Below, piece by piece: positions 1 to 10,290 of a stretch of 64,000 nt of DNA; the stretch's first letter is position 1, and each line of letters begins with the position of its first letter. The stretch spans positions 1,920,001 through 1,984,000 of the forward strand of contig CAWHFW010000005.1 in the NCBI GenBank assembly GCA_963828735.1, read 5' to 3'. This DNA is from an uncultured Gemmatimonadales bacterium (GTDB lineage: Bacteria; Gemmatimonadota; Gemmatimonadetes; Gemmatimonadales; GWC2-71-9). The notes beneath the pieces were generated by a model. The model ran no database searches. It saw only the letters and a list, made by a program, of their open reading frames with translations, and was not told where the DNA came from. A program made the position numbers and the translations under genes.

Positions 1-15
1 CGTCAGGAGATCGCC

Positions 16-393
16 ATGACATCCCGCTGGACCGCCCGTATCATGGCCACCGTCGCGATTCTGTTCCTGCTGTTCGACTGCATCATCAAGATCGTCCGGC
101 TGGCGCCGGCCGTCGAAGGCACCGTCAAGCTCGGATACCCCGCGTCCGTGGTCGTCGGGCTCGGACTGATCGAGCTGCTCTGCCTCATCGCGTACGTCGT
201 TCCCGCGACCTCCGTGCTGGGCGCGGTTCTGCTGACGGGCTACCTGGGCGGTGCCGTCGCGACGCATGTTCGTATCGGCAACCCGTGGATGACTCACATC
301 CTGTTTCCCGTCTACGTTGCCGTGCTGCTGTGGACGCCGCTCGTCCTGCGGGATCCGCGAGTCCGTGCGCTGGTGCCGTTCGCAGGGCGCTGA
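16..393 (+). CDS. DoxX-family membrane protein
   Basis: 125 aa with about 4 hydrophobic segments; motif GAVLLTGYLGGAVATHVR; AGGAG SD before the ATG. Confidence 0.85.
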   Translation: MTSRWTARIMATVAILFLLFDCIIKIVRLAPAVEGTVKLGYPASVVVGLGLIELLCLIAYVVPATSVLGAVLLTGYLGGAVATHVRIGNPWMTHILFPVYVAVLLWTPLVLRDPRVRALVPFAGR

Positions 394-804
394 GCCGCCG
401 TGTTCACCGTCCATGGCATCCGGAGCCGTTCGACAGCATGAGCGTGGTGAAGGCCCGATGGTCCGCGAGCACTCTCGCTGTAGGACGTGCGTCGCAAGGT
501 GGAGGTGCACTCGCCGTCGTCGTCCCGCTCATCCTGGGCGGGCGGTTGCTGGTGAAGGCGTATGAGCGGAGCAATGGTTGCTGGTCGAGCGCTATGGCGT
601 GTATGACGCGTCGCGGCGGGTATGGCACCAGAACCGGATCACGAACCGGGGCAGCCTGCTGCTCGCGATGGCGGGGTCGATCGCGGCCGCACGGCGAACA
701 GCACGTTCTTGCTCGTCTGCGCGGCATCTGGTGGACTGTGCGCGAACGGTCGGACACGCGGTGGTGAGCCGCCCTCCCCACGAGCAGCGATCACTCCGTC
801 CCCC

Positions 805-1747
805 CTAGCGCCGCACCCGTCCGATCAGCCCGAGCGGCACGCTCCGCGTTCCCGGCCACGTCCGGACCGATCCGCCGGCCTCGCGCAGCATGAGCTGCCC
901 CGAGATTCCGCCGTCGAGCAGCAGTGCCTGGCGGCAGCCGAGCGACCCCATCACCGCCGCCATCTCCTCCGACGTGAATCCGAACGGCACCCGGCCGAGC
1001 GATTCGCCGAGTGCGTCGAAGCGTGTGAGCGCCACGACCACCCGACCATCCTCCATCGTGCCGATCGCGAGCCGGGCATCGCGGTGCTCCACGTTGACGC
1101 CGAGCCCCGGCCGCGAGAGCGCCGACGGCACCGTGCCGTCCTGGAGCAGCATCGGGTAGCTCTGGAACGCTTCGCGCGCCACGCCGCTCGCCCGTTCGGC
1201 GGCCACCGCGTCCGGCGGAACCACCCGCACGGCGCCCGACGCATCCACCACGACCGCGCCCGCGAGCGGCGCGAACTGCGGCGCGAGGATCTCGCGTCCG
1301 CCGCTCACGACCCAGCCCCACGGAAGCGATCCGCGGAACTGGCCCGCGTCGAGCGCGAGGATGGCGTCGTCACCGGCGTCGCCGACGGTCCAGCGACGGT
1401 CGCCGGCAAAGGCGGGCGCGAGCGACAGCCCGACCTTGCGCGGATCCAGCCGCGCCATCACGACCCGGGTGCGCCACGCCTCACTCGCGCCGCGGAGCAC
1501 GACCTCGCCCCACTCGACACCGTCCGACCCGGACCGCCACGCGACCCGCTCCGCCAGCGGCGCCGAGCCGTTCCAGCGCGCGGGCGACGACGCCCGACGC
1601 CAGAAAGTGACCCACCGGCCGCCGTCCCGCACCGCGAGGCCATCCGCGGCCGCTGCGGGTCCGTCAGCCGGGCGCGCGGCCGCGAGCGCACCAGCGGCGA
1701 CTGCCGCGGCGCCCAGCGCGATCGCTGCCCGGCAGGAGCGCCTTCAT
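805..1747 (-). CDS. Phosphodiester glycosidase (NAGPA-like) family protein, probable +1 frameshift at about 1744
   Basis: Motifs ALDAGQF, AFQSYPMLL, DARLAIG, LLLDGGISGQL. The signal-peptide-like RRSCRAAIALGAAAVAAG is in the ORF frame, but the ATG at 1747 is one base out of frame. Confidence 0.7.
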
Positions 1748-1750
1748 GAG

Positions 1751-2791
1751 TTACTGACCCGCGGTGCAGCCGGCCATCTGCAACTGCTGCAGGGTATCGG
1801 CGATGGCCATCATGGTCGCCGTGTCGCCCTTCTTCTGCGCGGCCTGGGCGCGCTCCCCCAGCGCCTCGATCTCCTTCTGATGCTTCATGGCGTTCTGCGC
1901 CATGCAATTGCTCATCGCTGAGGCAGCCGGAGACACCGCGGGCGCCGCGGGCTGGGTCGGAGCGGGCTGGGGCGCGGGCGCCGCCTTCTTGGCGCGCGCG
2001 GGGGGCGCGTCCTGGATGCCGAGCAGCGACTTGAGATCTCCGGCCCGCGCGGTCACGGCGCTCTTCTCCGAGGCCGACGCGTCCGGCGGCGGGCTGCCGC
2101 GGAGGATGCCTTCGGCGCGCTCGAGACCCATAGCGTACTCGGCCGGCGAGAGGCCCGATGCCTTGGCGGCCGACTTCTCGGCCGAGGCATCGATGCTGCG
2201 CTGGGCACCGTAGTAGTCGTCCGGCTGGGCGGGCTCCTTCACGACGCAGCTCGGGTCCTGCATGGCCATCGCCTGGTCGTTGTAGGCCATGGCCGCCTTG
2301 GTGTCGCCCTTGCTCTGGGCCTCCACCATCTTGTTGACCAGGTCGTTGTACTTGTCCATCATCTTCTCGTCCGCGGCCATGCGGTTCGGGAAGGTCGCCC
2401 GCGCCTCCTCGCACTTGGGCTTCGCCGTCTCGTACGCTGCGAGCGCCTGGTGGTACCGGCCGTAGGGCGTGTCTTCCTTGCTCGCCGCCCGGCGCACCGA
2501 GTCACCCGCCTTGAGCCCGGTCACGAGCCTGTCCACGACGTCCGGGGTGAGCACCACCGTTCCACCGATCGCCGCGTTCTGCGCCGCCGGGGTGGGCGCC
2601 GTCGCCGCCGGGGCTTCGGACACGCCCGCCTCCTTCTGAGCTTCCGTCGCGGCCTCTTGGCCGGCCGCCGACTTCAGCTTCTTCTTGAGCCCGCCGAACT
2701 GCGCCGCCGCCGGCGTCGAGATGCCGAGGAGCAGGAGCGCGCACGCCGCCGCCCGCGCGAGAGCGGTTGCCCGCCTATGGTTGTTCCGCAT
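1751..2791 (-). CDS. Secreted Ala/Met-rich hypothetical protein with two Cys-bounded helical repeats
   Basis: Signal peptide ending PAAA-QFGGLKKK; AAGGAG SD; protein-like composition. Confidence 0.75.
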   Translation of the reverse strand: MRNNHRRATALARAAACALLLLGISTPAAAQFGGLKKKLKSAAGQEAATEAQKEAGVSEAPAATAPTPAAQNAAIGGTVVLTPDVVDRLVTGLKAGDSVRRAASKEDTPYGRYHQALAAYETAKPKCEEARATFPNRMAADEKMMDKYNDLVNKMVEAQSKGDTKAAMAYNDQAMAMQDPSCVVKEPAQPDDYYGAQRSIDASAEKSAAKASGLSPAEYAMGLERAEGILRGSPPPDASASEKSAVTARAGDLKSLLGIQDAPPARAKKAAPAPQPAPTQPAAPAVSPAASAMSNCMAQNAMKHQKEIEALGERAQAAQKKGDTATMMAIADTLQQLQMAGCTAGQ

Positions 2792-3105
2792 GATGTCTCC
2801 TTGGTGTGATCGAGCCCCCCGGCCGTTCGGGCCGGTGCCGCATCCGTATGACGTAGCGCCCGGTGCGAAATTCTCAGCCGCGGGCGGGCTTCGAGGACGA
2901 GCGTGAGGAGGAGTGGAATGTGTGGAAATGTGGAGCTCGGAAGGCGGAGGCGCCAGCGCCGCTCACGGCGCGCGGACGAAGAGTGCCAGGAACTGGTCCG
3001 GCGATCCCGGTCCCTCGCCGCCGAGCGCGACCCTAATCGAGTCCTCGGAAGAAGGGATGTATCTCACCATGCGCCGACGGTGTGACTCGACCGGGACCGG
3101 CCCCG

Positions 3106-3465
3106 TCAGCGCTCGGCGCCCGTTCGCGCCCAAGGGATCAGGTCGAGCCGCTCGAAGGCGATCGCCTCCCCGGTCGTCTCGCTGATCCCGAACCGCTCGG
3201 GGTGCTCGTAAAGCCGCTGCAGCGCCGCGTCGATCTCCTCGAGCTCGCGGCTCGCGCGCTGGGCGAGCTGGGCCGCCATCTCCTGGTCGAAGTTGTCCGT
3301 GCCCTGGTCGGCCACGTGCGAGGGGAAGCTCGAGATGTCCCCGTCGCTCTCCCCCTGACTCGCGACGCGCTCCTCGTCGTAGCGCCGGATGATCGCCTGC
3401 GCGCGTTCGCGCTCCTCCCGCAGTCGGCGCTCCAGATGCCGGCGCTGCTCGTCGGTCAGTTTCAT
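3106..3465 (-). CDS. DksA/TraR-family protein without zinc-binding cysteines
   Basis: Coiled coil, SHVADQGTD tip and FGISETTGEAIAFERLDLIPWAR C-terminus; GGAGG SD. Confidence 0.8.
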   Translation of the reverse strand: MKLTDEQRRHLERRLREERERAQAIIRRYDEERVASQGESDGDISSFPSHVADQGTDNFDQEMAAQLAQRASRELEEIDAALQRLYEHPERFGISETTGEAIAFERLDLIPWARTGAER

Positions 3466-3536
3466 CGAATCCTCCGTGCCCTGAATTTCGCGGCAATGGC
3501 GGCGACGCGCTGTAACGCGGGCCACCTCCATCACCG

Positions 3537-4085
3537 TCATCGTGTCCCCGCGTCGGCGGCGAGCCGGCGGCCGATCTCGCGGATCTGCCCCGCGTGCCGC
3601 GCCTCGTGCTGTCCGAGGAAGAGGATCCACTCGTACAGCGTGAGCGGCCCGTATGCGACGTGCGGGACGCTGATCGTCCCGAGCGCGAGCCCGTCACCTT
3701 GCGCCACGGCGGCTCGCAGCGCGGCCCGTGACTCGACCAACGCGAGGACGGCTGCCGAGGATGTGAGCGCGCCCCTCGGCTGCACGAACTCCGGAGCCGG
3801 AAGCGGCTCCCCGCCCTCGGTGAGGCGCAGGTGATCGAGGCTGTGCAGCAGCGAGCCGGCCTCGGTCTCCGCCCCGGCGGCGCGCGCGGTCTCGAGCTGC
3901 CGCACCACGAGCCGCCCGATCCCGCGCTCGACGCGATGCAGGTGCTCCAGCACCTCGGCGACGGACCATGTATCGGGGCTCGGCCGCCTGTCTCTGAGCG
4001 GCTCCGGCACGCTGGCCACGGCCGCCATCAGGACCTGGCGCTGGGCCTCGGCGTACTCCATCAGCTCCGCGAGCCGGCGATGCAG
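3537..4085 (-). CDS. DinB-family protein
   Basis: WSVAEVLEHL and GQHEARHAGQI His motifs; start uncertain (CTG 4085 after GGAGG, or ATG 4061). Confidence 0.8.
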   Translation of the reverse strand: MHRRLAELMEYAEAQRQVLMAAVASVPEPLRDRRPSPDTWSVAEVLEHLHRVERGIGRLVVRQLETARAAGAETEAGSLLHSLDHLRLTEGGEPLPAPEFVQPRGALTSSAAVLALVESRAALRAAVAQGDGLALGTISVPHVAYGPLTLYEWILFLGQHEARHAGQIREIGRRLAADAGTR

Positions 4086-4279
4086 GGTGCCTCCAGTGGC
4101 CGGTGATCCGCTGACTCTGCCCCCGCCGACGGCGGTTGTCAAACGTCGCCCGGCGCTCCGCCCTTCTTGCAATTCTCTAACACCGTTCCGCCGCTCGGGG
4201 ACGGCGATCCGGCGTCCTAGGGTGAGCACCAGGCTCGACCAGCCGGTATGAACCTCTCACCCAAGCAGGAGACCGGACC

Positions 4280-5248
4280 ATGCGACACCTCGTATTCATT
4301 GCGTCCCTGGCGCTCGCCGCCGCCGGATGCCAGAACTCGGCCGCGCCGCGCGACCCGGGTGACCCGGCGTTTTCGTCCGAAGCGAGCGACCGCGCCCATC
4401 TCGATCTCCGCGAGGAGCGGGCATCCCTCATCGCCGCCGGGAACGCGCTCTCGAGCACCATCGCGCAACAGGGTGTCGTCACCGGCCTCGGCGGCGCGCT
4501 CACGGACGATGCCCTCTTCCTCACGCCGCGGGTCAACGTGCTGAGCGGCCGGACCGCGGTCACCAGCTTCCTCGGGAGCGGCGATCCGCTCGCTCCGACC
4601 GCCCTCCAGTGGAGCATCTTCGTCGCCGACGTGTCGAACGACGGCATGCAGGGATTCACCTGGGGCGAGGGGTCGTCCACCATCGACCTCGGCGCCGGCC
4701 CGACCCCGCGTCCGAGCTACTTCCTGATCTACTGGCGCCGGGCGGCCGGCGGCGACTGGCAGGTCGCGGCACTGGTCTACAACGCCGGCGGCCCGCGGAC
4801 CAGCCCGCTTCCATCCGGCTTCGGGACACCCGACACCAAGCACCGCCGGAATTTCCCCAACACGGAAGTCGACGCCCAGAAGGCGCAGATCCTCGGCGTG
4901 GACGCGGCGTTCAGCGCGGCGTCGGTGAGCCAGGGCAGTGGACCCGCCTTCGAGCAGTTCGCCGCGCCGAATGCCATCGCGGTGAGCGGCCCCGACCTGG
5001 TGTTCGGCCCCGCTGACATCGGCGTGGCGTTCACCGGCGGCCCGAACGACGTCGTGAGCTGGGTGCCTCGCTTTTCGGGCGCCGCCGCCAGCGGCGATCT
5101 CGGCTTCTCGGTCGGCGAGGCGACCTTCGTCATCGAGGGCGCGGGTACCTTCTTCTCCAAGTACCTGACCATCTGGCAGAAGCAGGACACGGGCGCATGG
5201 CGCTTCGTCTCGGATCTGGGGAGCTCGCGTCCGGCGCCCGCGCCGTGA
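4280..5248 (+). CDS. Lipoprotein with tandem NTF2-like (DUF4440/SnoaL-like) domains
   Basis: Lipobox AAAGC; two domains ending YFLIYWRR...WQV and KYLTIWQKQDTGAWRFVSDLG. Confidence 0.75.
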   Translation: MRHLVFIASLALAAAGCQNSAAPRDPGDPAFSSEASDRAHLDLREERASLIAAGNALSSTIAQQGVVTGLGGALTDDALFLTPRVNVLSGRTAVTSFLGSGDPLAPTALQWSIFVADVSNDGMQGFTWGEGSSTIDLGAGPTPRPSYFLIYWRRAAGGDWQVAALVYNAGGPRTSPLPSGFGTPDTKHRRNFPNTEVDAQKAQILGVDAAFSAASVSQGSGPAFEQFAAPNAIAVSGPDLVFGPADIGVAFTGGPNDVVSWVPRFSGAAASGDLGFSVGEATFVIEGAGTFFSKYLTIWQKQDTGAWRFVSDLGSSRPAPAP

Positions 5249-5324
5249 CCGGCCGCGCGCGCTGACGGATCGCTGACGCCCGGGTGCCGCGATCACGGCG
5301 CTCGGGCGTCTCCACTCGAAACCC

Positions 5325-6495
5325 ATGCGCCTCTTTCGCGATCCGGAGCCTGTCCACGAGCTGCCCATGGCGGCGCCGACCCTCGACGGGCCGGCGCCCC
5401 GGGCGCAGCTGCGGGATCTGATCGGCCTCGGCCGGCTCTTCCTGCTCGGCTTCGGCTTCTGGACCCTCACCGGCCTGCTGTTCGCCGGCGAGGGCGCGCT
5501 GATGCAGGCGCACGTCGGCGTGGCGGAGCCGTTCGCCCGGCTCGTCGCGGAGCAGCTCGCGAGCTGGTGGCCGTGCGCGCTGCTCACGCCTCCGGTCGTC
5601 GCCCTCACGCTCCGGGCCAGGAGGCCCGGCGCCTCGCGGGGCCACGTGCTCGGCGTGCATGCGGTCGGCGCCGTCCTGTTCCTCACGGTCGGCGGCGCGC
5701 TCATGGGCATCGCCGAGAACCTGCTGCCGTGGGCCAAGCCGGAGGGCGACCTCGTGACCGTCGCCGTGCTGGGGCATTCTCCGGTACATCGGTCCCGACA
5801 TGCTGCTCTACGCGCTCATCGTCGCGGCGGCGGAGGCCGCCGCGCACGCGTGGGAGAGCCGGCAGCGCGCGCTCGCGGCCGCGACCTACGCGCGCCAGCT
5901 CGCCGAGGCGCGCCTGCACGTGCTGAGCGCGCAGCTGCAGCCCCACTTCCTGTTCAACGCGCTGCACGCCATCTCCGCCCTCGTCTGGGAGGATCCTGCC
6001 CGCGCCGACCGTCTGCTTGCCCGGCTGAGCGAGATGCTGCGCCTCACCCTTCGGAGCGGCACGCAGGTCGAGACCACGCTCGCCGAGGAGGTCACCCTGC
6101 TCGAGCGCTACGCCGAGATCCAGGAGGCGCGCTACGGTGACCGGCTCCGGGTCTCCTTCGACGTCGAGGCCCGGGTGCGCGACGCGCTGGTGCCTCGACT
6201 CCTGCTCCAGCCGCTGGTGGAGAATGCCATCCGGCACGGCGTCACCCGGCGGATCTCGCCGGGCGAGGTGCAGGTGCGCGCGTGGCAGGGCGACGGCCGG
6301 CTCAATCTCACCGTGCGCGACGACGGTGTCGGCCTGGGTGCGGCGGTGCGGGAAGGCGTCGGACTCTCGATCACCCGCGCGCGGCTCCGGCAGCTCTATG
6401 GCCGCGAGCAGCGGTTCGCCCTCGCGCCCGGCCCGGAGGGCGGCGCGGTGTGCACGCTCTCGATTCCGCTCCGGATGGCGGAGACGCCGCGGTGA
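5325..6495 (+). CDS. LytS/YehU-type membrane sensor histidine kinase, +1 frameshift in the G-run at 5771-5774
   Basis: N-terminal TM region in ORF 5325; AQLQPHFLFNALH, LLQPLVENAIRHG, DDGVG and GVGL in ORF 5800. Confidence 0.85.
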
Positions 6496-7264
6496 CCGCG
6501 CCGACGGATCCGCGCCCTCATCGTGGACGACGAGCCGCTCGCGCGCGCCCGGCTCCGCGCGCTCCTCGCCAAACACGCCGACATGCAGCTCGTCGGTGAG
6601 TGCGCCGAGGGCGGGGAGGCGATCGCCGCGATCGGCCGGACGCATCCCGAGGTCGTGTTCCTCGACATCCAGATGACCGAGACCACCGGTCTCGACGTGG
6701 CGACCAGCCTCGCCGCGGAGCCTCGGCCCGCCGTCGTGTTCGTCACGGCCCACGAGCGGTACGCGCTCGAGGCGTTCGAGGTCCGGGCCCTCGACTATCT
6801 GCTCAAGCCGTTCGAGGAGAGCCGGTTCACGGCCACGCTCGACCGGGTGCGCACCTACACGTCGGCAATCCGCGCACAGCGCTCGCACGAGCACCTGGTC
6901 GGCATCCTCCGCGAGCTGTCGAACACGCCGCTGGCCGAGCTCGAGCGGCTGCGCGCGCCCGCCATGCCGCTTCGATTCGCGGACATCGACGCTGGATACG
7001 GCGACCCGGGACGTCCGCCGAGCCGGGCAGCCGATCGCGCTCCGGCCCAAGGAATACGAGCTGCTGGTGGCGTTGATGCGGCGGGGCGGGGAAGTCGTGT
7101 CGCGCCGCGAGCTGTTGGCGGAAGTCTGGGGCTATCAGGAGAACGTGACCAGTCGGACCGTGGACACTCACATGGCGGTGTTGCGCCGGAAGATGGGGCA
7201 CGCCCCAGATGAGCCGGGCTACATCATGACGGTCGCCAAGGCGGGATACCGGATGCGGGAGTAG
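6492..7264 (+). CDS. Response regulator with LytR/AlgR-type receiver and OmpR/PhoB-type winged-helix output, +1 shifts near the start and at about 6990
   Basis: IVDDEPLAR, FLDIQM, FVTAHERYALEAFEVRALDYLLKPF; then LRPKEYELL, VSRRELLAEVWG, RTVDTHMAVLRRK, TVAKAGY. Confidence 0.8.
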
Positions 7265-7288
7265 CTCCGGTGGCGGTCGACCGCTCCC

Positions 7289-8506
7289 TCAGCGCGGGGC
7301 GGGCCGCCGGAGCGGTTGCAGGTGAGCGTAGGTGGCCGTTCGCCAGACCCACTCGAGCGGTCCGAAACGGTACCGCCGAAGCCACGCGGTGCTCAGCGCC
7401 GCCACGACCGCGAAGAGAAGGCCGGCCGCCGGCGCGTACACGAAAGGCCGGAGCTTGAGGTCGAGGCCGTAGCCCGAGCTCAGGAAGTCGAGGAGCGCGG
7501 CCTGCAGCATGTAGTTGGTGAGTGCCATGCGTCCGGCCTGGCCGAACGGCGCCAGCCTGGCGGCCCAGACCGGGCGAGCGTCCAGCAGCAGCAGGACCGC
7601 GCCGATGTAGGCGAAGCAGAGCCACTGGTCCTGGGCGATTCCGAATCCCCACGCGAGCGTCCCGTCGAGGCCGGGCACACCCGTCGACGGCAGGTGCCTC
7701 AGCACGGTCCAGGACAGGGCCCACGCGAGCACGCCGAAGATCATCCAGCCGACGATCAAGCGCGCCTGACGCCGCGGCTCATCGAGCACGCCATGCCGCA
7801 CCGCCAGCAGCCCGACGATGAACAACGCCAGGTTCGTGTCGGGAATCAGGTCGTCCCACCCGTGCGGCAGGGTCCCCACGAACAACGCCCAGCGGGCCGA
7901 CAGCAAGGCGCCGTAGTGACTCTGCTGGGTGGCGAGCTCCACGGCGCGGCGGAGCGCCGCCATCACAGGAGACGGCGCTGGCAGCGCGGCGCCAATGACC
8001 CAGGCATGGAGCGCCGCCCCCGCGCCCAGGATGGGGCGCGCGGACGCCGCGAGAGCGGCCGACACCAGCAGCGCCCGGTCGGACCAGCGCCGGACGACCA
8101 GCAGCGCGAGACCCCAGCACGCATAGCTGAACAGGATCTGGAAGCCGAAGCACACGTCGGCCACGATGCCGAACACCGCGAGCGTCGCGAGCCGCCGGAG
8201 ATAGATGGGCACGATCGGGTCGTGGCGTGCCTCGAGCCGGCGCAGCAGGATGGCGAAGCCCGCCCCGAACAGGAACGCGAAGGTGCCCCAGGCTTTCTGC
8301 TCGACCAGCACGTAGACGCCCCAGCCGATCAGGTCCTCCACGCCCGTCGCGTCGAGGCGCATCTTCTGATGGAAGTGCACCAGGATCATCGCGCACAGGG
8401 CGAGCCCGCGGAGGATGTCGAGCGCGTGCAGCCGGTCGTCGGCTGCCAGCGGCGCCGCGGGACGGGCGACTTCGGGAGCGATGGAAGACGCGACGCCCAT
8501 TCGCAC
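7289..8506 (-). CDS. DUF418 (YeiB-like) membrane protein
   Basis: LDILRGLAL, FAFLFGAGF, GRMALTNYMLQ, FGPLEWVWR. Confidence 0.85.
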   Translation of the reverse strand: MRMGVASSIAPEVARPAAPLAADDRLHALDILRGLALCAMILVHFHQKMRLDATGVEDLIGWGVYVLVEQKAWGTFAFLFGAGFAILLRRLEARHDPIVPIYLRRLATLAVFGIVADVCFGFQILFSYACWGLALLVVRRWSDRALLVSAALAASARPILGAGAALHAWVIGAALPAPSPVMAALRRAVELATQQSHYGALLSARWALFVGTLPHGWDDLIPDTNLALFIVGLLAVRHGVLDEPRRQARLIVGWMIFGVLAWALSWTVLRHLPSTGVPGLDGTLAWGFGIAQDQWLCFAYIGAVLLLLDARPVWAARLAPFGQAGRMALTNYMLQAALLDFLSSGYGLDLKLRPFVYAPAAGLLFAVVAALSTAWLRRYRFGPLEWVWRTATYAHLQPLRRPAPR

Positions 8507-8638
8507 CTCGAGTGCTGATCGCGCCCTCGGCGGTGCCGCGGGCCGTCGATCGATGTGGAAACGTGTGCAGTGAGGATTCCCCTTCGTTCTTTGATACGCA
8601 AGGCAAGCGGAAGATGACTCGCGTAGGAAACCGGCTGC

Positions 8639-8694
8639 TTGACGAACGCGGACTCGGTGTTATATAACCTATAGGTTATCTAACTGACTGGTTA
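8639..8694 (+). promoter_or_regulatory. Sigma70-like promoter overlapped by two TAAC-N6-GTTA palindromic operators
   Basis: TTGACG at 8639 and TATAAC at 8663; perfect palindrome ATAACCTATAGGTTAT at 8664-8679; TAACTGACTGGTTA at 8681-8694. Confidence 0.7.
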
Positions 8695-8699
8695 CCGAC

Positions 8700-9068
8700 A
8701 TGACGAGCATCATGCGCGCAGCCACAGATTCCCTGAGCACCACGCTCTCGGCTCTCGCCGATCCTACTCGCCGCGCGATCCTCCTTCGGCTGGTGGAGGG
8801 GCCCGCCACGGTCAAGGAGCTCTCCGCCCCGTTCGAGATGAGCGGGCCCGCGGTCTCCAAACACCTCCGCGTGCTCGAGCGCGCTGGCCTGATCCAGCGC
8901 GGACGAGAGGCGCAGTGGCGTCCTCGCACGCTCGACGCCGGCCCGATCCGGGAGGTCGCCGAGTGGGCCGGAGAGTTCCGCCGATTCTGGGACGCCAGCT
9001 ACGCCCGCCTCGACGCCTACCTCGAACGCCTCAAGCGACAGGAGAAGCACGATGGCCACCGCCACTAG
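8700..9068 (+). CDS. ArsR/SmtB-family transcriptional regulator
   Basis: ALADPTRRAIL and AVSKHLRVLERAGLI HTH; upstream of an SRPBCC gene. Confidence 0.9.
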   Translation: MTSIMRAATDSLSTTLSALADPTRRAILLRLVEGPATVKELSAPFEMSGPAVSKHLRVLERAGLIQRGREAQWRPRTLDAGPIREVAEWAGEFRRFWDASYARLDAYLERLKRQEKHDGHRH

Positions 9069-9540
9069 AACCGGCGTGACGAGCTACGCGACGCCGACCG
9101 ACTACGACATCGTCATCACGCGCGTGGTGGACGCGCCCCGCCGCCTGGTCTTCGAGGCCTGGACCAACCCAGTGCACATTCCCCACTGGCTGCTTGGCCC
9201 GGAGGGTTGGACCATGCCGATCTGCGAGATCGACCTTCGGCCGGGTGGGTCGTGGCGCTACGTCTGGCGCAAGGCCGACGGCGCGGAGATGGAGATGTCC
9301 GGGCAGGTGCGTGAGGTCGTGCCGCCCGAGCGATTGGTCACCACCGAGCGATGGGGACCGGAGTGGCCGGAGACGATCAACACCCTCGTGCTCACCGAGT
9401 CCGGCGGGCGGACGACGATCACGCTGACGGCGACGTATCCAACGAAGGAAGCCAGGGACGCCGCGCTCGAGACCGGGATGCGCGACGGGCTGAACCAGAG
9501 CTTCGCGCGCCTCGACGCGCTCTTGCCGGCACTCGCATGA
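9052..9540 (+). CDS. SRPBCC/AHSA1-family protein
   Basis: IVITRVVDAPRRLVFEAWTNP, CEIDLRPGGSWRY, EVVPPERLVTTE. Confidence 0.9.
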   Translation: MATATRTGVTSYATPTDYDIVITRVVDAPRRLVFEAWTNPVHIPHWLLGPEGWTMPICEIDLRPGGSWRYVWRKADGAEMEMSGQVREVVPPERLVTTERWGPEWPETINTLVLTESGGRTTITLTATYPTKEARDAALETGMRDGLNQSFARLDALLPALA

Positions 9541-10290
9541 CGGAGACTGCCGAGCGCGTGCGCGAGGCGCTGCGGTGGCTCGAGCGCCGAGGCACCAAGC
9601 GCATGCGCGACGACATGCTGACCCGCTACGGGATCATCGCGCCGAAGGCACACGGTGTCTCGGTCGGAGCAATTCAGCAGCTCGCGAGGCACCTCGGTCG
9701 GGACCACGAGCTCGCCCTGGCCCTCTGGGCCACCGGCTGGTACGAGGCTCGGCTGCTCAGCGCGTTCGTGGACGAGCCGGAACGCGTGACGCCCGCGCAG
9801 ATGGACCGCTGGGCAAGAGACTTCGACAACTGGGGCGTGTGCGACACGGTGTGCTTCTGCCTGTTCGACCGGACGCCGCACGCATGGCGCAAGATCGAGC
9901 GATGGAGCACGCGTCGGGACGAGTTCGTGCGGCGCGCCGCCTTTGCCCTCCTCGCGAGCGTGGCGCTGCACGACAAGCAGGCGCCCGACGGGCCGTTCCT
10001 GCGTTCTCTCGCCACTCATCGAACGCGCGGCCTCCGATGACCGCAACTTCGTCAAGAAGGGCGTGAGCTGGGCGCTCAGGGCGGTCGGGCGACGCAGCGT
10101 GGCCCTGAACGAGGCGGCCGTGCACCTGGCCCGGCGGCTGGCCGAGTCCTCCGACGCGCCATCGCGGTGGGTGGGGAAGGACGCGCTCCGCGAGCTCACG
10201 AGCCCTAAGCTCCGGAAGTCGCTCGCTACGCGGCGGCGCGTCAGTGCAGCGCCGAAAGCACCTGCTCGAAGCGCTTCGCGACGCGCTTGA
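9537..10290 (+). CDS. alkD: AlkD-like DNA alkylation repair protein, +1 frameshift at about 10008
   Basis: LALALWATGWYEARLL, DFDNWGVCD, EFVRRAAF; then DDRNFVKKGVSWALRAVG in the next frame. Confidence 0.8.

Noticed and set aside
438..808. Short overlapping ORFs after doxX
   Set aside because: No recognisable motif or consistent frame; may be a decayed fragment but cannot be supported
2915..2935. TGTGGA repeats resembling DnaA boxes (also single copies near 8554 and 33211)
   Set aside because: Isolated and mismatched, without the clustering and AT-rich context seen at 31802-31890
2963..3070. 35-aa minus-strand ORF MVRYIPSSEDSIRV...
   Set aside because: Too short, no clear SD and no family signal
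6493..6495. Selenocysteine or stop readthrough fusing kinase and regulator
   Set aside because: A GTGA start/stop overlap plus one extra base explains it and matches the other +1 errors
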